From assembly GCA_034722015.1 (NCBI GenBank), contig JAYENI010000081.1, forward strand, positions 6,022 to 70,021: a stretch of DNA of 64,000 nucleotides, in the 5' to 3' direction. This document shows positions 1 through 10,126 of the stretch, one piece after another. Position 1 is the first letter of the stretch; every line of letters starts with the position of its first letter. This DNA comes from Pseudomonadota bacterium (GTDB taxonomy: Bacteria; Pseudomonadota; Gammaproteobacteria; JAJDOJ01). Under the pieces are notes generated by a model, which saw only the letters and a program-made list of their open reading frames with translations, was not told the origin of the DNA and ran no database searches. Both the position numbers and the translations under genes were made by a program.

Positions 1-715
1 CGAGACAGGTTTGGGTCGAAACGGCCAGGTTTGCCGACGTCTGGAAATGTCCGGCGACCGGAGAGTTGATGCTGACTGTTGGTGATGCGCCGCAGGCGCT
101 TCCGCGCGGGCTCTCGGCCAGCCCGGAGCTGGGCGTGAAGGACGGGTCGGTGGTCAGCAGGATGCGGTCGACGTAGATGCCGGACTCGCGCATCCACAGA
201 TTGAGTGTGTGGGTCCCACTGCTGTTGACCTCGAGGCTGGCCCCGCTCCTGTCCTCCCAGACCCACGTCCCCTCCGGGTCAAAAGGCCCGATCCCGGCGG
301 CACTGGGGATTTCCTGCCCATCGAGGCCGATGTGGACCGAGTCCGAGCTGCTCTTCGGGCCGTTCCCCAGCACCCAGACGTAGTGCGTGCCGGTTTGGGT
401 GAAGTTGACTTCGAAATCGAGGCGCGGGCTGTTGGCGTTGTAGTTGGAGGTGACCTTGGCCGAGTCCTCCGGTGAAGCGAGCATGGAACCCTCGCCCTCG
501 AAACCACCCGGGGAGGTCTTCAGGAGCCACTCGTGACCGCCCTGCGGCGTACCGGCGTCGAAGTGCTCGGCCTCGATCACCACCAGCCCGTCAGCGGCCT
601 GCTCATAGGGGGTGGCCTGCGCCATCCCGGCCATCACTGCAAGGGCTATGGCTACGACGATCGAAGCGACTGACCAGGGTCGGTTGAACCCCCGCGCCCT
701 GCGGCCCGAACTCAT
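1..715 (-). CDS. Secreted protein, partial (continues beyond window start); carbohydrate-binding-module-like beta-sandwich domain
   Basis: Manual translation of minus strand from ATG at 713-715: MSSGRRARGFNRPWSVASIVVAIALAVMAGMAQA (signal peptide) then ...IEAEHFDAGTPQGGHEWLL...THYVWVLGNGPKSSSDSVHIGLDGQ...WVWEDRSG...HTLNLWMRESGIYVDRILLTTD. Open to position 1 with no stop. Not in the ORF track because it runs off the edge. Confidence 0.55.
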   Translation of the reverse strand, partial: MSSGRRARGFNRPWSVASIVVAIALAVMAGMAQATPYEQAADGLVVIEAEHFDAGTPQGGHEWLLKTSPGGFEGEGSMLASPEDSAKVTSNYNANSPRLDFEVNFTQTGTHYVWVLGNGPKSSSDSVHIGLDGQEIPSAAGIGPFDPEGTWVWEDRSGASLEVNSSGTHTLNLWMRESGIYVDRILLTTDPSFTPSSGLAESPRGSACGASPTVSINSPVAGHFQTSANLAVSTQTCL

Positions 716-1269
716 CGGCCCCGGCCTGTGAAGCAGGCCACTGTATACATCGACGAAACGCAAAATCTGAACAACTCCATTACAAATCGGTAGGGATTGC
801 ATCAAGTTAAGGACAGGGCCGATGGCTCGTCACAATCCCGTATACCCGGCATAGCGTAATCCCGGGGCCTGTTACCTGTCTACATCGGTTAGCCCTGACA
901 GTCTTTGTGGCACATCACATTTTTGGCGGGCAGGGCGTGAAGATTTCGTCGATCCGCCGGTGATCGACCCTCGCCGTGAAAGCGTACCGGGAGGCGATGA
1001 AGGCGGCTGTGAAGGGGATCGTGAAGCTAACATGACGCCGTGATCCCCCGGTTGGTATCATTTGTCGAAGCAAGAAGGATTCCGGCCGGATCCGGCGATC
1101 CGGGGACGGCTGTCACGGTTTCCCTGTCCCCGAGCGGTCTCCACTCAGTGGATACCGACATCCCGGCCCAGTACTTTCCCGGCGATCTGCCCCGGACGCG
1201 CCATCTGGTGCGTGGTCGAGTAATCGGGCGAATTGCATCGCGTGGAAGCAGGTCCCCAGGAATGACAGA

Positions 1270-3858
1270 TTGACATTACAGAACATGACAGATCACGAAC
1301 AGCTCGTACTCCCCCCCTCGGGTCGGCCGCGGGCACGACACCGCGTTTCCCTGCGCCACTGGCTGGTAGCGATTGTGCTGTTACCGTTCATGGTTGGCGC
1401 GGCCCTGGCGCATTCCCCGCACGACGTCATCGACGCGCTGGCGCTATCCCCTCAATTCGAGCGGGATGGAACCGTTTTCATCGCCAGTTCGAGTCACCTT
1501 CTTCGGTCCCGGGACGGAGGTTACGAGTGGAACGAGCTATCCGGCGGACTGGACAATCAGACCTTCTTCTCAGCCATCGTTCCATCACCCGGCTTCGACT
1601 CGGACGGGACCGTCTACATCTCCACTTTCGGAGACGGGGTCTACAAATCGACCGATCGGGGAGACTCCTGGCAAAAGACGAATAACGGTTTGCCGGATGG
1701 CAATGTCACGGGGCTTGCCATCTCGCCGGGCTATTCGAGCGACGGTGTGGTTCTCGCCGTCGTCCAGGGCAGTGGTCTGTTTCGCTCCGGGAACGGTGGC
1801 GGGGACTGGAGGCGCGCGCTGACCGCCGGCGTGGAAGCGGTGGGGTTCGCACGGGGGGTGTCATCGAAACTGGCGGTTGCCGGGGACGCCGGGGGGCGCC
1901 TGTATCGTTCCACCGACAGTGGCGGGACCTGGGACGTCGTCGAAAGTGCCGCGCTGGACGGAGCGATCACAAGTATCGCAATCGCGGCAGGCACGTCCTC
2001 TTCTCCGGGTGAGGTGTTCGTCGGCACCGCGAGTGGGGCCCTCTACCGCAGCACGGATGCCGGTCAACGGTTTGAACGCCTGAAGAGGGCGTTTGGAGAC
2101 CATAAGGCGCCCGTCGTCGCGGTCTCCGTATCACCGGACTATGCGAACGACCGGTCGGTGATCGTGTCGACCGGGGAAGAGGCCGCGTTCATCTCGATCG
2201 ACGGCGGTGCCAACTGGAAAAAGTGGTCCGACGGCCTGACCACGGACCCCCAGGCCCATTCGGTCAAATACGACTCCCCGAGTTTCCGTGAAGCGGTCTT
2301 CTCGGGGGGGTATGTGCGGGACAGAACCATTTATCTTGCCGGTTTTGACGGTCTTTTCGTCTCGACTGACGCCGGGCAAAGCTGGAACCAGGCGGAGGTC
2401 ATGCCGGTACGCCTGATCAAGGGCATTGCGACCGGGGATGCCGGCAAAGGCGTGAGTGTCGTCGGACTCGGGACCTATGGTGGCGGGGGATATTTTTCCC
2501 GGGACGGCGGCAATTCCTGGGTGGTCGGGAACCAGGGCCTGGCCAGGACGCGTCTTTCCAGCCTGACATTTTCCGACAGCTTTGCCGAGGACCGGACGAT
2601 CTATTCCGGCGCCTACGGAAAGTTGCTGAAGTCTATTGACGGCGGCGAAAGCTGGACGGCCACCGGCCACGGAGAAGAGCAGGATCTTGGCTACGACACA
2701 AGACGGTTCGCCAGCAAGGTGTTGCGGAAACTCGGACTCGATTCCCTGCACGAGGCGTGGTTTGCCGGGCACAGCTTTCAGGACCCCTATCCGACTGTCG
2801 TCGCGATTGCGCCGGATGAAAAGACACTGTTCTTCGGGACCCGCTGGCACGGGATCTATCGTTCCGACGATGCCGGTGAGACTTCCGAGCCATTGTGGGA
2901 CGCCGACGGACACGCAGTCACGGGGGTAACCCTGTCGCCTGATTTTGCAAATGACCGAACCGTGTTCGCAACTGTTCGGAAAATCGGAATCGTCAAATCG
3001 ACGGACGGCGGCGAGTCCTGGGAGCCAATGAACGAAGGTCTCACTCCTGTTCTGGCATGGCGGGATCAGTCCGAGTCCCGTCGTTCGGCCATGGACGTGC
3101 GGCTGGCGTTGCCGGATGATTTCGACAAGACCGATTGGCTGGCGGCCGGGACCGAGGCGGGTCTCCATGTATCGCCGGACGGTGGCGAGACATGGACGAA
3201 ATCGGGCGCTGCCGAGGTCTCCGGAAATATCGAGGCGATCGCGGTGTCGCCCGAATTCGCAAGCACCCGCACCCTTGTCATCAATGTCAAGGGTAAGGGC
3301 ATCTACATCAGCAGGGATGCCGGCAATTCATTTGTCCGCCCGTCCGGGGGGCCGATCGACCGGATACGCTATCTGGCGTTCTCTCCGTTGTACGCGAGCG
3401 ACGAAACGATTTATGCCGCGTCGGACGAGAACCTGTATCGGTCTACCGACGGGGGGGCCGGGTGGTCGGTGGTCTCGAGGCCCGCGCGGTACGAAAATAT
3501 CAGGGAGCCGGTGCGCTTCACCGGGACCTGGAAACGGGAAAACGGCGGCGAGTTCAGCGGCCTGAGCAGCACATGGTCAGATACACCGGGTGACCGCGTC
3601 GAACTGCGGTTCGTTGGCACCGGAGCGACCTGGATCGGCGGGTCGGGAACCGGATATGGCAGGGCGGATGTCTACATCGACGGCGAGCGTGTGGAAACCG
3701 TGGATCTCTTCGGTGAAGAGGACGGGCTGGGGGAGGTATACCGCTACGAGGGACTGGACTACGGCCCGCATGTCATCGCGGTGGTCGTTGCAGACAAGCG
3801 GAATACGCACTCCGCGGGGAACCGCGTGTCGGTTGACGCCTTCGATATCGCGCCGTGA
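1270..3858 (+). CDS. BNR/Asp-box repeat protein (about 14 SxDxGxxW repeats, likely two 7-bladed beta-propellers) with C-terminal beta-sandwich-like domain; N-terminal membrane anchor/signal
   Basis: 862-aa ORF. Repeated motifs: RSRDGGYEW, KSTDRGDSW, YRSTDSGGTW, ISIDGGANW, VSTDAGQSW, FSRDGGNSW, KSIDGGESW, VKSTDGGESW, VSPDGGETW, YRSTDGGAGW and others. Hydrophobic segment WLVAIVLLPFMVGAALA near the N-terminus. Confidence 0.8.
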   Translation: MTLQNMTDHEQLVLPPSGRPRARHRVSLRHWLVAIVLLPFMVGAALAHSPHDVIDALALSPQFERDGTVFIASSSHLLRSRDGGYEWNELSGGLDNQTFFSAIVPSPGFDSDGTVYISTFGDGVYKSTDRGDSWQKTNNGLPDGNVTGLAISPGYSSDGVVLAVVQGSGLFRSGNGGGDWRRALTAGVEAVGFARGVSSKLAVAGDAGGRLYRSTDSGGTWDVVESAALDGAITSIAIAAGTSSSPGEVFVGTASGALYRSTDAGQRFERLKRAFGDHKAPVVAVSVSPDYANDRSVIVSTGEEAAFISIDGGANWKKWSDGLTTDPQAHSVKYDSPSFREAVFSGGYVRDRTIYLAGFDGLFVSTDAGQSWNQAEVMPVRLIKGIATGDAGKGVSVVGLGTYGGGGYFSRDGGNSWVVGNQGLARTRLSSLTFSDSFAEDRTIYSGAYGKLLKSIDGGESWTATGHGEEQDLGYDTRRFASKVLRKLGLDSLHEAWFAGHSFQDPYPTVVAIAPDEKTLFFGTRWHGIYRSDDAGETSEPLWDADGHAVTGVTLSPDFANDRTVFATVRKIGIVKSTDGGESWEPMNEGLTPVLAWRDQSESRRSAMDVRLALPDDFDKTDWLAAGTEAGLHVSPDGGETWTKSGAAEVSGNIEAIAVSPEFASTRTLVINVKGKGIYISRDAGNSFVRPSGGPIDRIRYLAFSPLYASDETIYAASDENLYRSTDGGAGWSVVSRPARYENIREPVRFTGTWKRENGGEFSGLSSTWSDTPGDRVELRFVGTGATWIGGSGTGYGRADVYIDGERVETVDLFGEEDGLGEVYRYEGLDYGPHVIAVVVADKRNTHSAGNRVSVDAFDIAP

Positions 3859-3900
3859 CCCGTGTCCGGCGATGTACTGTGCAATCGAGGATTCGGTTTG

Positions 3901-4833
3901 ATGTCTGAAACGAAACGAATCGCCAGGGTCTTCAACCGGTTGCTGGAGAGGGCCAGCCGGCTGAACTATGGACTGGCCAAAAGGCACTATTTTTCGAAGC
4001 AGGAAAAGGAATACCGGGGCCTTTCAAACCCGCCTCTGCTCGTCTATCAGATGGGAAAGGTCGGCTCGTCCACCGCCGTCGCGACCTTGAATACAGTGGA
4101 CCTCGATGCGCCGATCTACCACGTACATTTCCTCTCACCGGATCTGGTGGAAAAATACGAGGCGAAGCGCAGGCCTTACCTCAGGACGCGGAAGGCCGGG
4201 GACCTCAAGCACATCTGGCAGTACCAGTTCATCCGCAAGCTTCTGAACGACCCGGGCCGTTCGGGCAAGTGGCGGGTGATCTCGCTGGTGCGAGACCCCG
4301 TCGCACGAAATCTGGCGACATTTTTCGAACACATCGAGGTCCAGGCGGAGGACGGCGATTGCTGGGACCTGAAATCATGGGAATACCAGTTTGAAACCCG
4401 GGTCTGCCGCGAGGATCAGGAACGACTGATCGAGCTGTTCTACGAGAAGTGCCGGCACGACACGCCGCTGGTGTACTTCGACCGGGAATTTCGCGATGTC
4501 CTTGGTTTCGATATCTTCGAAACGGGATTTCCCGTGAAGCGCGGGTACCAGATCACCCGACGTGACAACGCGGATTTTCTCGTGATCCGGCTGGAGGACC
4601 TGAACCGTTGCGCGACGCAGGCCTTCTCGGAGTTTCTGGGGGTCGACGGGCTGCGACTGGTCAACCGGAATGTCGGGGGAGGCAAGGAGTACGCGGAGAT
4701 CTACGACCGGTTCAAGCGCATCATCAAGCTGCCGCCCGACTACCTCGACAGGATGTACGACTCGAAATTCGCGAGGCACTTTTACACCGAAGCAGAGATC
4801 GCAGAATTCAGGAAACGCTGGACCCGGTCCTGA
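3901..4833 (+). CDS. Sulfotransferase-family protein (PAPS-binding motifs)
   Basis: 5'-PSB-like motif MGKVGSSTAV and 3'-PB-like motif RDPVARNLATF. Alternative start at 3862. GC somewhat lower than flanking DNA. Confidence 0.55.
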   Translation: MSETKRIARVFNRLLERASRLNYGLAKRHYFSKQEKEYRGLSNPPLLVYQMGKVGSSTAVATLNTVDLDAPIYHVHFLSPDLVEKYEAKRRPYLRTRKAGDLKHIWQYQFIRKLLNDPGRSGKWRVISLVRDPVARNLATFFEHIEVQAEDGDCWDLKSWEYQFETRVCREDQERLIELFYEKCRHDTPLVYFDREFRDVLGFDIFETGFPVKRGYQITRRDNADFLVIRLEDLNRCATQAFSEFLGVDGLRLVNRNVGGGKEYAEIYDRFKRIIKLPPDYLDRMYDSKFARHFYTEAEIAEFRKRWTRS

Positions 4834-4952
4834 CCGACCTCCCAATCCTCGTTTGAGGAGAATAGTCGCCTCGTGTGACGAGAACGGACACGAAGTCCGG
4901 CCAGCGACGCTTTTCCGCAGCAGGCCTTCCATTCTCGGACAGGCCTAGAGCA

Positions 4953-6467
4953 CTAGGTGTACGTGAGTGTGACGTCGGCTGCTTTCAGGTAGGCCGCTTC
5001 GCGTTCAAGCTCGAATTCCGTCAATGGGTGAGCCTCCAGCCAGCCCTTGGGGAACAACAGGTTGAGGCTTCCCTTTCCGGCCCTGGCCCGGATGCGTGGT
5101 GGTTGCGTATCGTCGCGACTACGGTGAAACAAAACGGCGAGTCGCAACAGTACACACAGCTTGATTGCCGGGCCATCACAGGGATTCGGCAAGGCGTCAA
5201 AGATGGTTCGTGGAAACTTGCGGCGATGACCGCGTACCAGCGCCGCGAGTATCCGCTGTTCCGAACCGGAAAACCCGGAAAGATCCGAATGTTCCAGCAG
5301 ATATGCCCCATGCTTCTGGTACTGGCTGTGCGAGATCGCCAGCCCGGCTTCATGCAGGTGGGCGGCCCATGACAACATGTCGCCGAAATCGTCCCGGGAC
5401 AAACCCCAGGGTTTCTCGACCTGTCCCAGCAAATGCAACGCGGTAGACTCCACGCGCGCTGCGTGCTCGGATTCCACGCCACAGCGCACCGATAGAGTCG
5501 TCACGGTGCGACCCCTGATGTCATCATGCCGGATACGGCCTACCAGGTCATAAAGGAGTCCTTCCCGCAGGGCCTCGTCCGAGACGCTCATCTGCTCGAT
5601 ACCCAATGCCTCGAAGACGCCGAACAGTACAGCGAATCCCCCCGGAATTACGGGTCTACGGTCTTCGCTGAGCCCCTCGAGTTTGAGGTTCTTCACCGAG
5701 CCGGCTTTAAGCAAACTTTCGCGCATCTGCCGCATCGAGTCCAGTGTGATACCCGCGTCGCTCCATCCGGCCGCCTGAACGATGTCGCGGATCGATCGAA
5801 TCGTTCCCGAACTGCCCACCGCTGTGTTCCAGCCTGTGTTCCGATAGCTCACTTCAACAGGCCTGACCTCCAGCCGGGCGGCAAGCCGTGCCCTGTCCAT
5901 GTTCTTGCTGCTGATGCGTCCATCTCCAAACCAGGCGCGACTCATACTGACACACCCCATATGCAGGCTTTCACGCTGAATGGGTTCGAATGCCTCACCG
6001 ATGATCAGTTCTGTGCTGCCCCCCCCGATATCGATCACCAGTCTACGATCATCGCTCGCGGCCAGACCGTGCGACACCCCGAGGTATACCAGCCGCGCCT
6101 CTTCGCGACCCGTGACAATCTCGATGGGGTGTCCAAGCGCCTGTTCGGCCAACACCAGAAAGTTGCCTGAATCCTGCACCTGACGCAGCGTGTTGGTGCC
6201 GACTGCACGCACACTGCCATCGGGCATGGAGTGCAGGCGTTGCCCGAACCGCCCAAGACAAGCGAGTGCACGATCCTTTGCCTCGTCGGTGAGCGTCTTG
6301 TCCTCTTGCAATCCGGCGCCCAGCCGGACCATTTCCCTCAGACGATCGATGATCTGAAGCTGACCGTCGGTCACACGCGCGACGATCATATGAAAACTGT
6401 TGGATCCCAGGTCGATTGCAGCGACCAGTTCGGGCGGCTTTCTGAAGTACTTCGAGAATCCCAGCAT
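4953..6467 (-). CDS. ppx: Exopolyphosphatase / guanosine pentaphosphate phosphohydrolase (Ppx/GppA family)
   Basis: N-terminus AAIDLGSNSFHMIVARV...DRLREMVRLGAGL is typical of Ppx/GppA; ~500 aa length fits. Confidence 0.9.
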   Translation of the reverse strand: MLGFSKYFRKPPELVAAIDLGSNSFHMIVARVTDGQLQIIDRLREMVRLGAGLQEDKTLTDEAKDRALACLGRFGQRLHSMPDGSVRAVGTNTLRQVQDSGNFLVLAEQALGHPIEIVTGREEARLVYLGVSHGLAASDDRRLVIDIGGGSTELIIGEAFEPIQRESLHMGCVSMSRAWFGDGRISSKNMDRARLAARLEVRPVEVSYRNTGWNTAVGSSGTIRSIRDIVQAAGWSDAGITLDSMRQMRESLLKAGSVKNLKLEGLSEDRRPVIPGGFAVLFGVFEALGIEQMSVSDEALREGLLYDLVGRIRHDDIRGRTVTTLSVRCGVESEHAARVESTALHLLGQVEKPWGLSRDDFGDMLSWAAHLHEAGLAISHSQYQKHGAYLLEHSDLSGFSGSEQRILAALVRGHRRKFPRTIFDALPNPCDGPAIKLCVLLRLAVLFHRSRDDTQPPRIRARAGKGSLNLLFPKGWLEAHPLTEFELEREAAYLKAADVTLTYT

Positions 6468-6492
6468 ATCGAATTTCCTCTATGTGACCGTG

Positions 6493-6649
6493 GGCGACTT
6501 CTGTCAAATGACATACCATCCTGCTTGTCTTTTCGTCCGTCCTCTATGTTGTGACAACAGTTGCATAGTTCGACTATGCGCCTGTCGTCGCGCCTTGATG
6601 ACGAACGAAAATCCCGCGCGATCTGGTATGTCATTTTCCGGCAATCGCC
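6493..6649. repeat. MITE-like element copy 1 (~160 bp, terminal inverted repeats GGCGAyTTCTGTCAAATGACATACC ... GGTATGTCATTTTCCGGCAATCGCC)
   Basis: Near-identical sequence recurs at 14800, 29737, 32858, 34886, 47316 and 54677. The internal part is itself palindromic. Lies between ppx and the upstream gene. Confidence 0.85.
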
Positions 6650-8112
6650 TTGACTTCCTCGACCCGTTTGATTCCACTCCGGTTTAACACGATGCGAAAA
6701 CGTTTGTACAGCTCGCCACGAGAGGTCAAATACCGGATCACCAGACTGATGTGGTACACCTTGCTACCTGCCCCCCTGTAATACCGGTCGCCATCCACCA
6801 CGAAAACCGCCTTGTCGGGGTTATCCATCTTCCGGACGAACCTCGACATGCCCAGCCTCCAGATGTCCGTGATTCCGTCTATCGGTGTGTTCCGGTAAAC
6901 CTGCTCGAAGTTTCGGGAAAATATCGTCATGGATTTCCGGTAGAGAAAAACCTTTTCGCCTAACTGGTCGTTATCGATTCGGGTGATCGGGTCGCGATTC
7001 CTGAGTCTGCGAATCTCCGGCTGCAGTTTACTGTCGGACATGAACTGGAAGGCCTCCCTGCTGACACCCAGCTGATTTCCGCGCGACCCACCGCATATCT
7101 TTACTTTATGGTCGAAGAATCGGCTCTGTACCTTCTTGTTGACATAAAGGCGGACCAGTTCCTTGATTCGATCCTTGAACATGTAACTGACCACGAGGGC
7201 GACAAAGAACGCCATGGTGAAATTTCCGTATGTCTGCTGGGTCAGAAAAGCCACCGTCGTTGCAAAAACCATCGCCAGTCCGGCCGCCAGGCTGTAGACC
7301 ACCTGCTCGGTGATTCGACCCTCGGGGCGAACGCTCGTATCGAGAAACAGGATGCTTTCCATGAGCCTTTTCAGAACGCCGCGGCGATAAATAAACGCTT
7401 CATTGTCCGAGTCGGCAGTGGGTATTGACGGATAACCCTGTTCAATTCGGTACGTGACCTCTTCAGTGATGATATCGAGAAGCGCCTTTCTGTAGCCTCC
7501 AGGGTTGTCGTCAGAAAGTTTCCCGGTCTTTTCCAGAATGTCGAAAGTGAATTGTTCGACAGTTGTGCTGATGTATTCGTCGGCAAGCGCGTAGATGGAA
7601 CGAATCCTGTCGTCGATCGAGGGCAGGGCAACCATTTCACGAAGACTTCTGAACCTTGGAAGGATCGTTTCCAGGTTGGGCAGGTAGTGTTCAACCAGAT
7701 ATTCCGCATCCGTTGAATTGCGCGCATTTGCTATCAGGTCGACATGGTCTCGTATGGAACTTTTAAGGATGCAGCAGAACAACTTGATCTGGTTTTCGCA
7801 ATTCCTGATCGCCGCGTCTGACTTGTGATCGGTCAGGTCTTTAAGGGCGGTCTCCAGTGCGACAAACGGGCTGTCGACGGCAGAGGCGATGTCGCGTAGC
7901 AATACAGTCGGTAGCTTGAACCGGATATAGGTCTGAGTGTCCCTGTAGAACAGGTATTTCGGATAGGTATCCGGGTTGACGTCAAGGCTGTTGGGGACAA
8001 AGACAAACGCCTCGATCGCATAGGCTGTATGTTTCTGATCTTGCTCAAGCTTGTAATCCGACTTGATCTCGACCTGAAACTTTCCAGAGGTCCTTATGGT
8101 TTCTTCGATCAT
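6631..8112 (-). CDS. Hypothetical membrane protein (2 central TM helices), lower GC than surroundings
   Basis: 493-aa ORF with no recognisable family. TM segment VVYSLAAGLAMVFATTVAFL...FTMAFFVALVVSYMF. GC ~50% against ~62% background. The last 6 codons and the stop lie inside the MITE. Confidence 0.6.
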   Translation of the reverse strand: MIEETIRTSGKFQVEIKSDYKLEQDQKHTAYAIEAFVFVPNSLDVNPDTYPKYLFYRDTQTYIRFKLPTVLLRDIASAVDSPFVALETALKDLTDHKSDAAIRNCENQIKLFCCILKSSIRDHVDLIANARNSTDAEYLVEHYLPNLETILPRFRSLREMVALPSIDDRIRSIYALADEYISTTVEQFTFDILEKTGKLSDDNPGGYRKALLDIITEEVTYRIEQGYPSIPTADSDNEAFIYRRGVLKRLMESILFLDTSVRPEGRITEQVVYSLAAGLAMVFATTVAFLTQQTYGNFTMAFFVALVVSYMFKDRIKELVRLYVNKKVQSRFFDHKVKICGGSRGNQLGVSREAFQFMSDSKLQPEIRRLRNRDPITRIDNDQLGEKVFLYRKSMTIFSRNFEQVYRNTPIDGITDIWRLGMSRFVRKMDNPDKAVFVVDGDRYYRGAGSKVYHISLVIRYLTSRGELYKRFRIVLNRSGIKRVEEVKAIAGK

Positions 8113-8203
8113 CGTCGACCCGCGGTGACTGTTGATTCATCGGTTGATGGTGCCGGATACTGCTGATACATGAGTGTGCCCTGTGTCGTGCCGTCGTTCG
8201 AGG

Positions 8204-10045
8204 TCAGTCCCCCGGTTCTTTCGCCGCGCTTTTCGCGACTGACGGTTTAGGTCCGGAAGCTCTCCGCTCGGGCTTCTCCGATTCCGCTTCGTTTCGTTGC
8301 CTCGCCTGTTTCAGATAGGCATTTACCGCAGGCTTCAGGGTCTGGAACCGGTATCCTTTCGCCAGCTTGCGTCGCTCGAGCGCCCAACCCTGATTGAAAT
8401 AGTCCTCCAGGGTTCTTTTTACACGCGCGTAGAAAAGGGAAATGCCCTGTTCGGCCAGCTCGGCGCGCAGTGCGTCGAGTTTCATCAGACCCGTGGCGTC
8501 CAGAACATTGATGGCGCTGGCGTCGACGACGACCCATTCCACCGGGGTCTTGGCCCGGGCAATGATCGAGCGCACCCGGTCCCTGAAATAATCCGCGTTG
8601 TAGAAGACGATGTTGGCGTCGAACCGGTAGATAATCAGTCCCGGGATGGTGGTGGCCTGTGGGTAGTCGGCGATGTCGTGGAAGCCCTTCATGCCGGCAA
8701 CGCGACCGAGGATGGCGTCGTGCGGCCTCGACCCGACCGTCAGCAACCAGACCAGCGACAGGGCCACGGCCAGCAGCACGCCGGGAAGCACCCCCAGAAC
8801 GAGTACGCCCAGGGTGGTGGTGACCGACAGCAGCAGTTCGCGATAGCTCATGCGAAACAGGGACCGGAGACGGGACCAGTCGAACAGCCCGGCAGCGGAA
8901 ACGACGATGACCGCGGCCAGTGTGACGTTTGGTATCCAGGCCAGCGGGCCGGTGAGGAAAAGCAGAACCAGCAGCATCGTCCCGCCCGCCACGATCCCCA
9001 CAAGCTGGGTCTTGCCGCCCATGGCGCTATTGACCGCGGTTCGTGAGTCGGCGCCGGTCACGGGGAAGCCCTGGAGCAGCCCGGTGCCGAGGTTGCAGGC
9101 GCCGAAGGCGATCATCTCCTGATTGGCGTTGATGTCGTACCCGTTTCGCTGGGCAAAACTCTTTGCGGTCAGGATGCCGCTGGTGAAACTCACCAGCACG
9201 ATGCCCGCCGCCGAACCCAGGATATGTTCGAACAGATCGAGGTCGAATCCGGGCAGGTGCACCGCGGGAATTCCCGCAGGCACGTTGCCCAGCAGGGCGA
9301 TGCCGCGCTCCTCCAGCCCCAGTGTCGGCACGGCGGCGATACTGGCCGCTACCACCACGAATGCGCCCGGTATCCCCGGTGCGACGCGGCGCAGCACCAC
9401 GAGCGCCAGGAGCACGCTGGCCCCGAGCACCAGCGTGGGAAGGTGAAACTGATCGACCCTTTCCGCGAACTCGATGAGTTTGGGAATGAATTCCGATGCG
9501 TCTCCCGAATATCCGAACAGCGTTTTCAGTTGACCCGCCAGGATCAGCAGCGCGATGCCGTTCAGGTATCCGGTGAGAATCGGCATGGACAGGAAGTTGG
9601 CGATGAACCCGAGTCGCGCGACACCACCGATGATATAAATCAACCCGGTCATCAGCGTCAGGACGACGAGCAACGCCATGTACTTGTCCGGGTCACCGGC
9701 GGCCAGTGGTCCGAGTGTCGCCGCGACGATGATACAGGTTGCCGCGTCAGGCCCGGTCATCAACTGGCGGGATGACCCGAACAGCGCATAGATGAACAGC
9801 GGAAAGATGGCGGAGTACATGCCGAAGACGGCCGGAACACCCGCAAGCTCGGCGTATGCGATACCCACGGGCAACGCGATGGCCGCGACGGAAAGGCCGG
9901 CGCCAACATCATTGGGCAGCCAGGATGCCCTGTACTCGAGCAGGGTTGCCAGCCCGGGGAAGAATCTACGGACCTGGTATTGGGCTTTTCGTCTGTTGTG
10001 GCTACTGACTTTCAATTGAGAACAAGCATCCTGGTTTTCGAGCAA
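8204..10045 (-). CDS. SulP-family sulfate/anion permease with C-terminal STAS domain
   Basis: N-terminal LPNDVGAGLSVAAIALPVGIAYAELAGVP plus multiple TM segments; C-terminal STAS-like region (VVDASAINVLDATGLMKLDALRAELAEQGISL). Confidence 0.9.
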   Translation of the reverse strand: MLENQDACSQLKVSSHNRRKAQYQVRRFFPGLATLLEYRASWLPNDVGAGLSVAAIALPVGIAYAELAGVPAVFGMYSAIFPLFIYALFGSSRQLMTGPDAATCIIVAATLGPLAAGDPDKYMALLVVLTLMTGLIYIIGGVARLGFIANFLSMPILTGYLNGIALLILAGQLKTLFGYSGDASEFIPKLIEFAERVDQFHLPTLVLGASVLLALVVLRRVAPGIPGAFVVVAASIAAVPTLGLEERGIALLGNVPAGIPAVHLPGFDLDLFEHILGSAAGIVLVSFTSGILTAKSFAQRNGYDINANQEMIAFGACNLGTGLLQGFPVTGADSRTAVNSAMGGKTQLVGIVAGGTMLLVLLFLTGPLAWIPNVTLAAVIVVSAAGLFDWSRLRSLFRMSYRELLLSVTTTLGVLVLGVLPGVLLAVALSLVWLLTVGSRPHDAILGRVAGMKGFHDIADYPQATTIPGLIIYRFDANIVFYNADYFRDRVRSIIARAKTPVEWVVVDASAINVLDATGLMKLDALRAELAEQGISLFYARVKRTLEDYFNQGWALERRKLAKGYRFQTLKPAVNAYLKQARQRNEAESEKPERRASGPKPSVAKSAAKEPGD

Positions 10046-10126
10046 TACCGGAACGAGTTGCGGAACATTGAACGGCGGGACCCTGCCCGTCGGGCTTTGT
10101 CGTGTGTCACTGTGCCAGCGGAAGAC

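Noticed and set aside
2131-3168. 345-aa minus-strand ORF
   Set aside because: Antisense to the BNR-repeat gene, whose repeats give strong frame evidence.
6386-6634. Small ORFs inside MITE copies (also 29630-29851, 32794-33138, 34823-35014, 47188-47525, 54612-54901)
   Set aside because: They lie wholly within the repeated element, occur in different frames and strands in different copies, and encode Cys/Arg-rich peptides. They are artefacts of the palindromic repeat.
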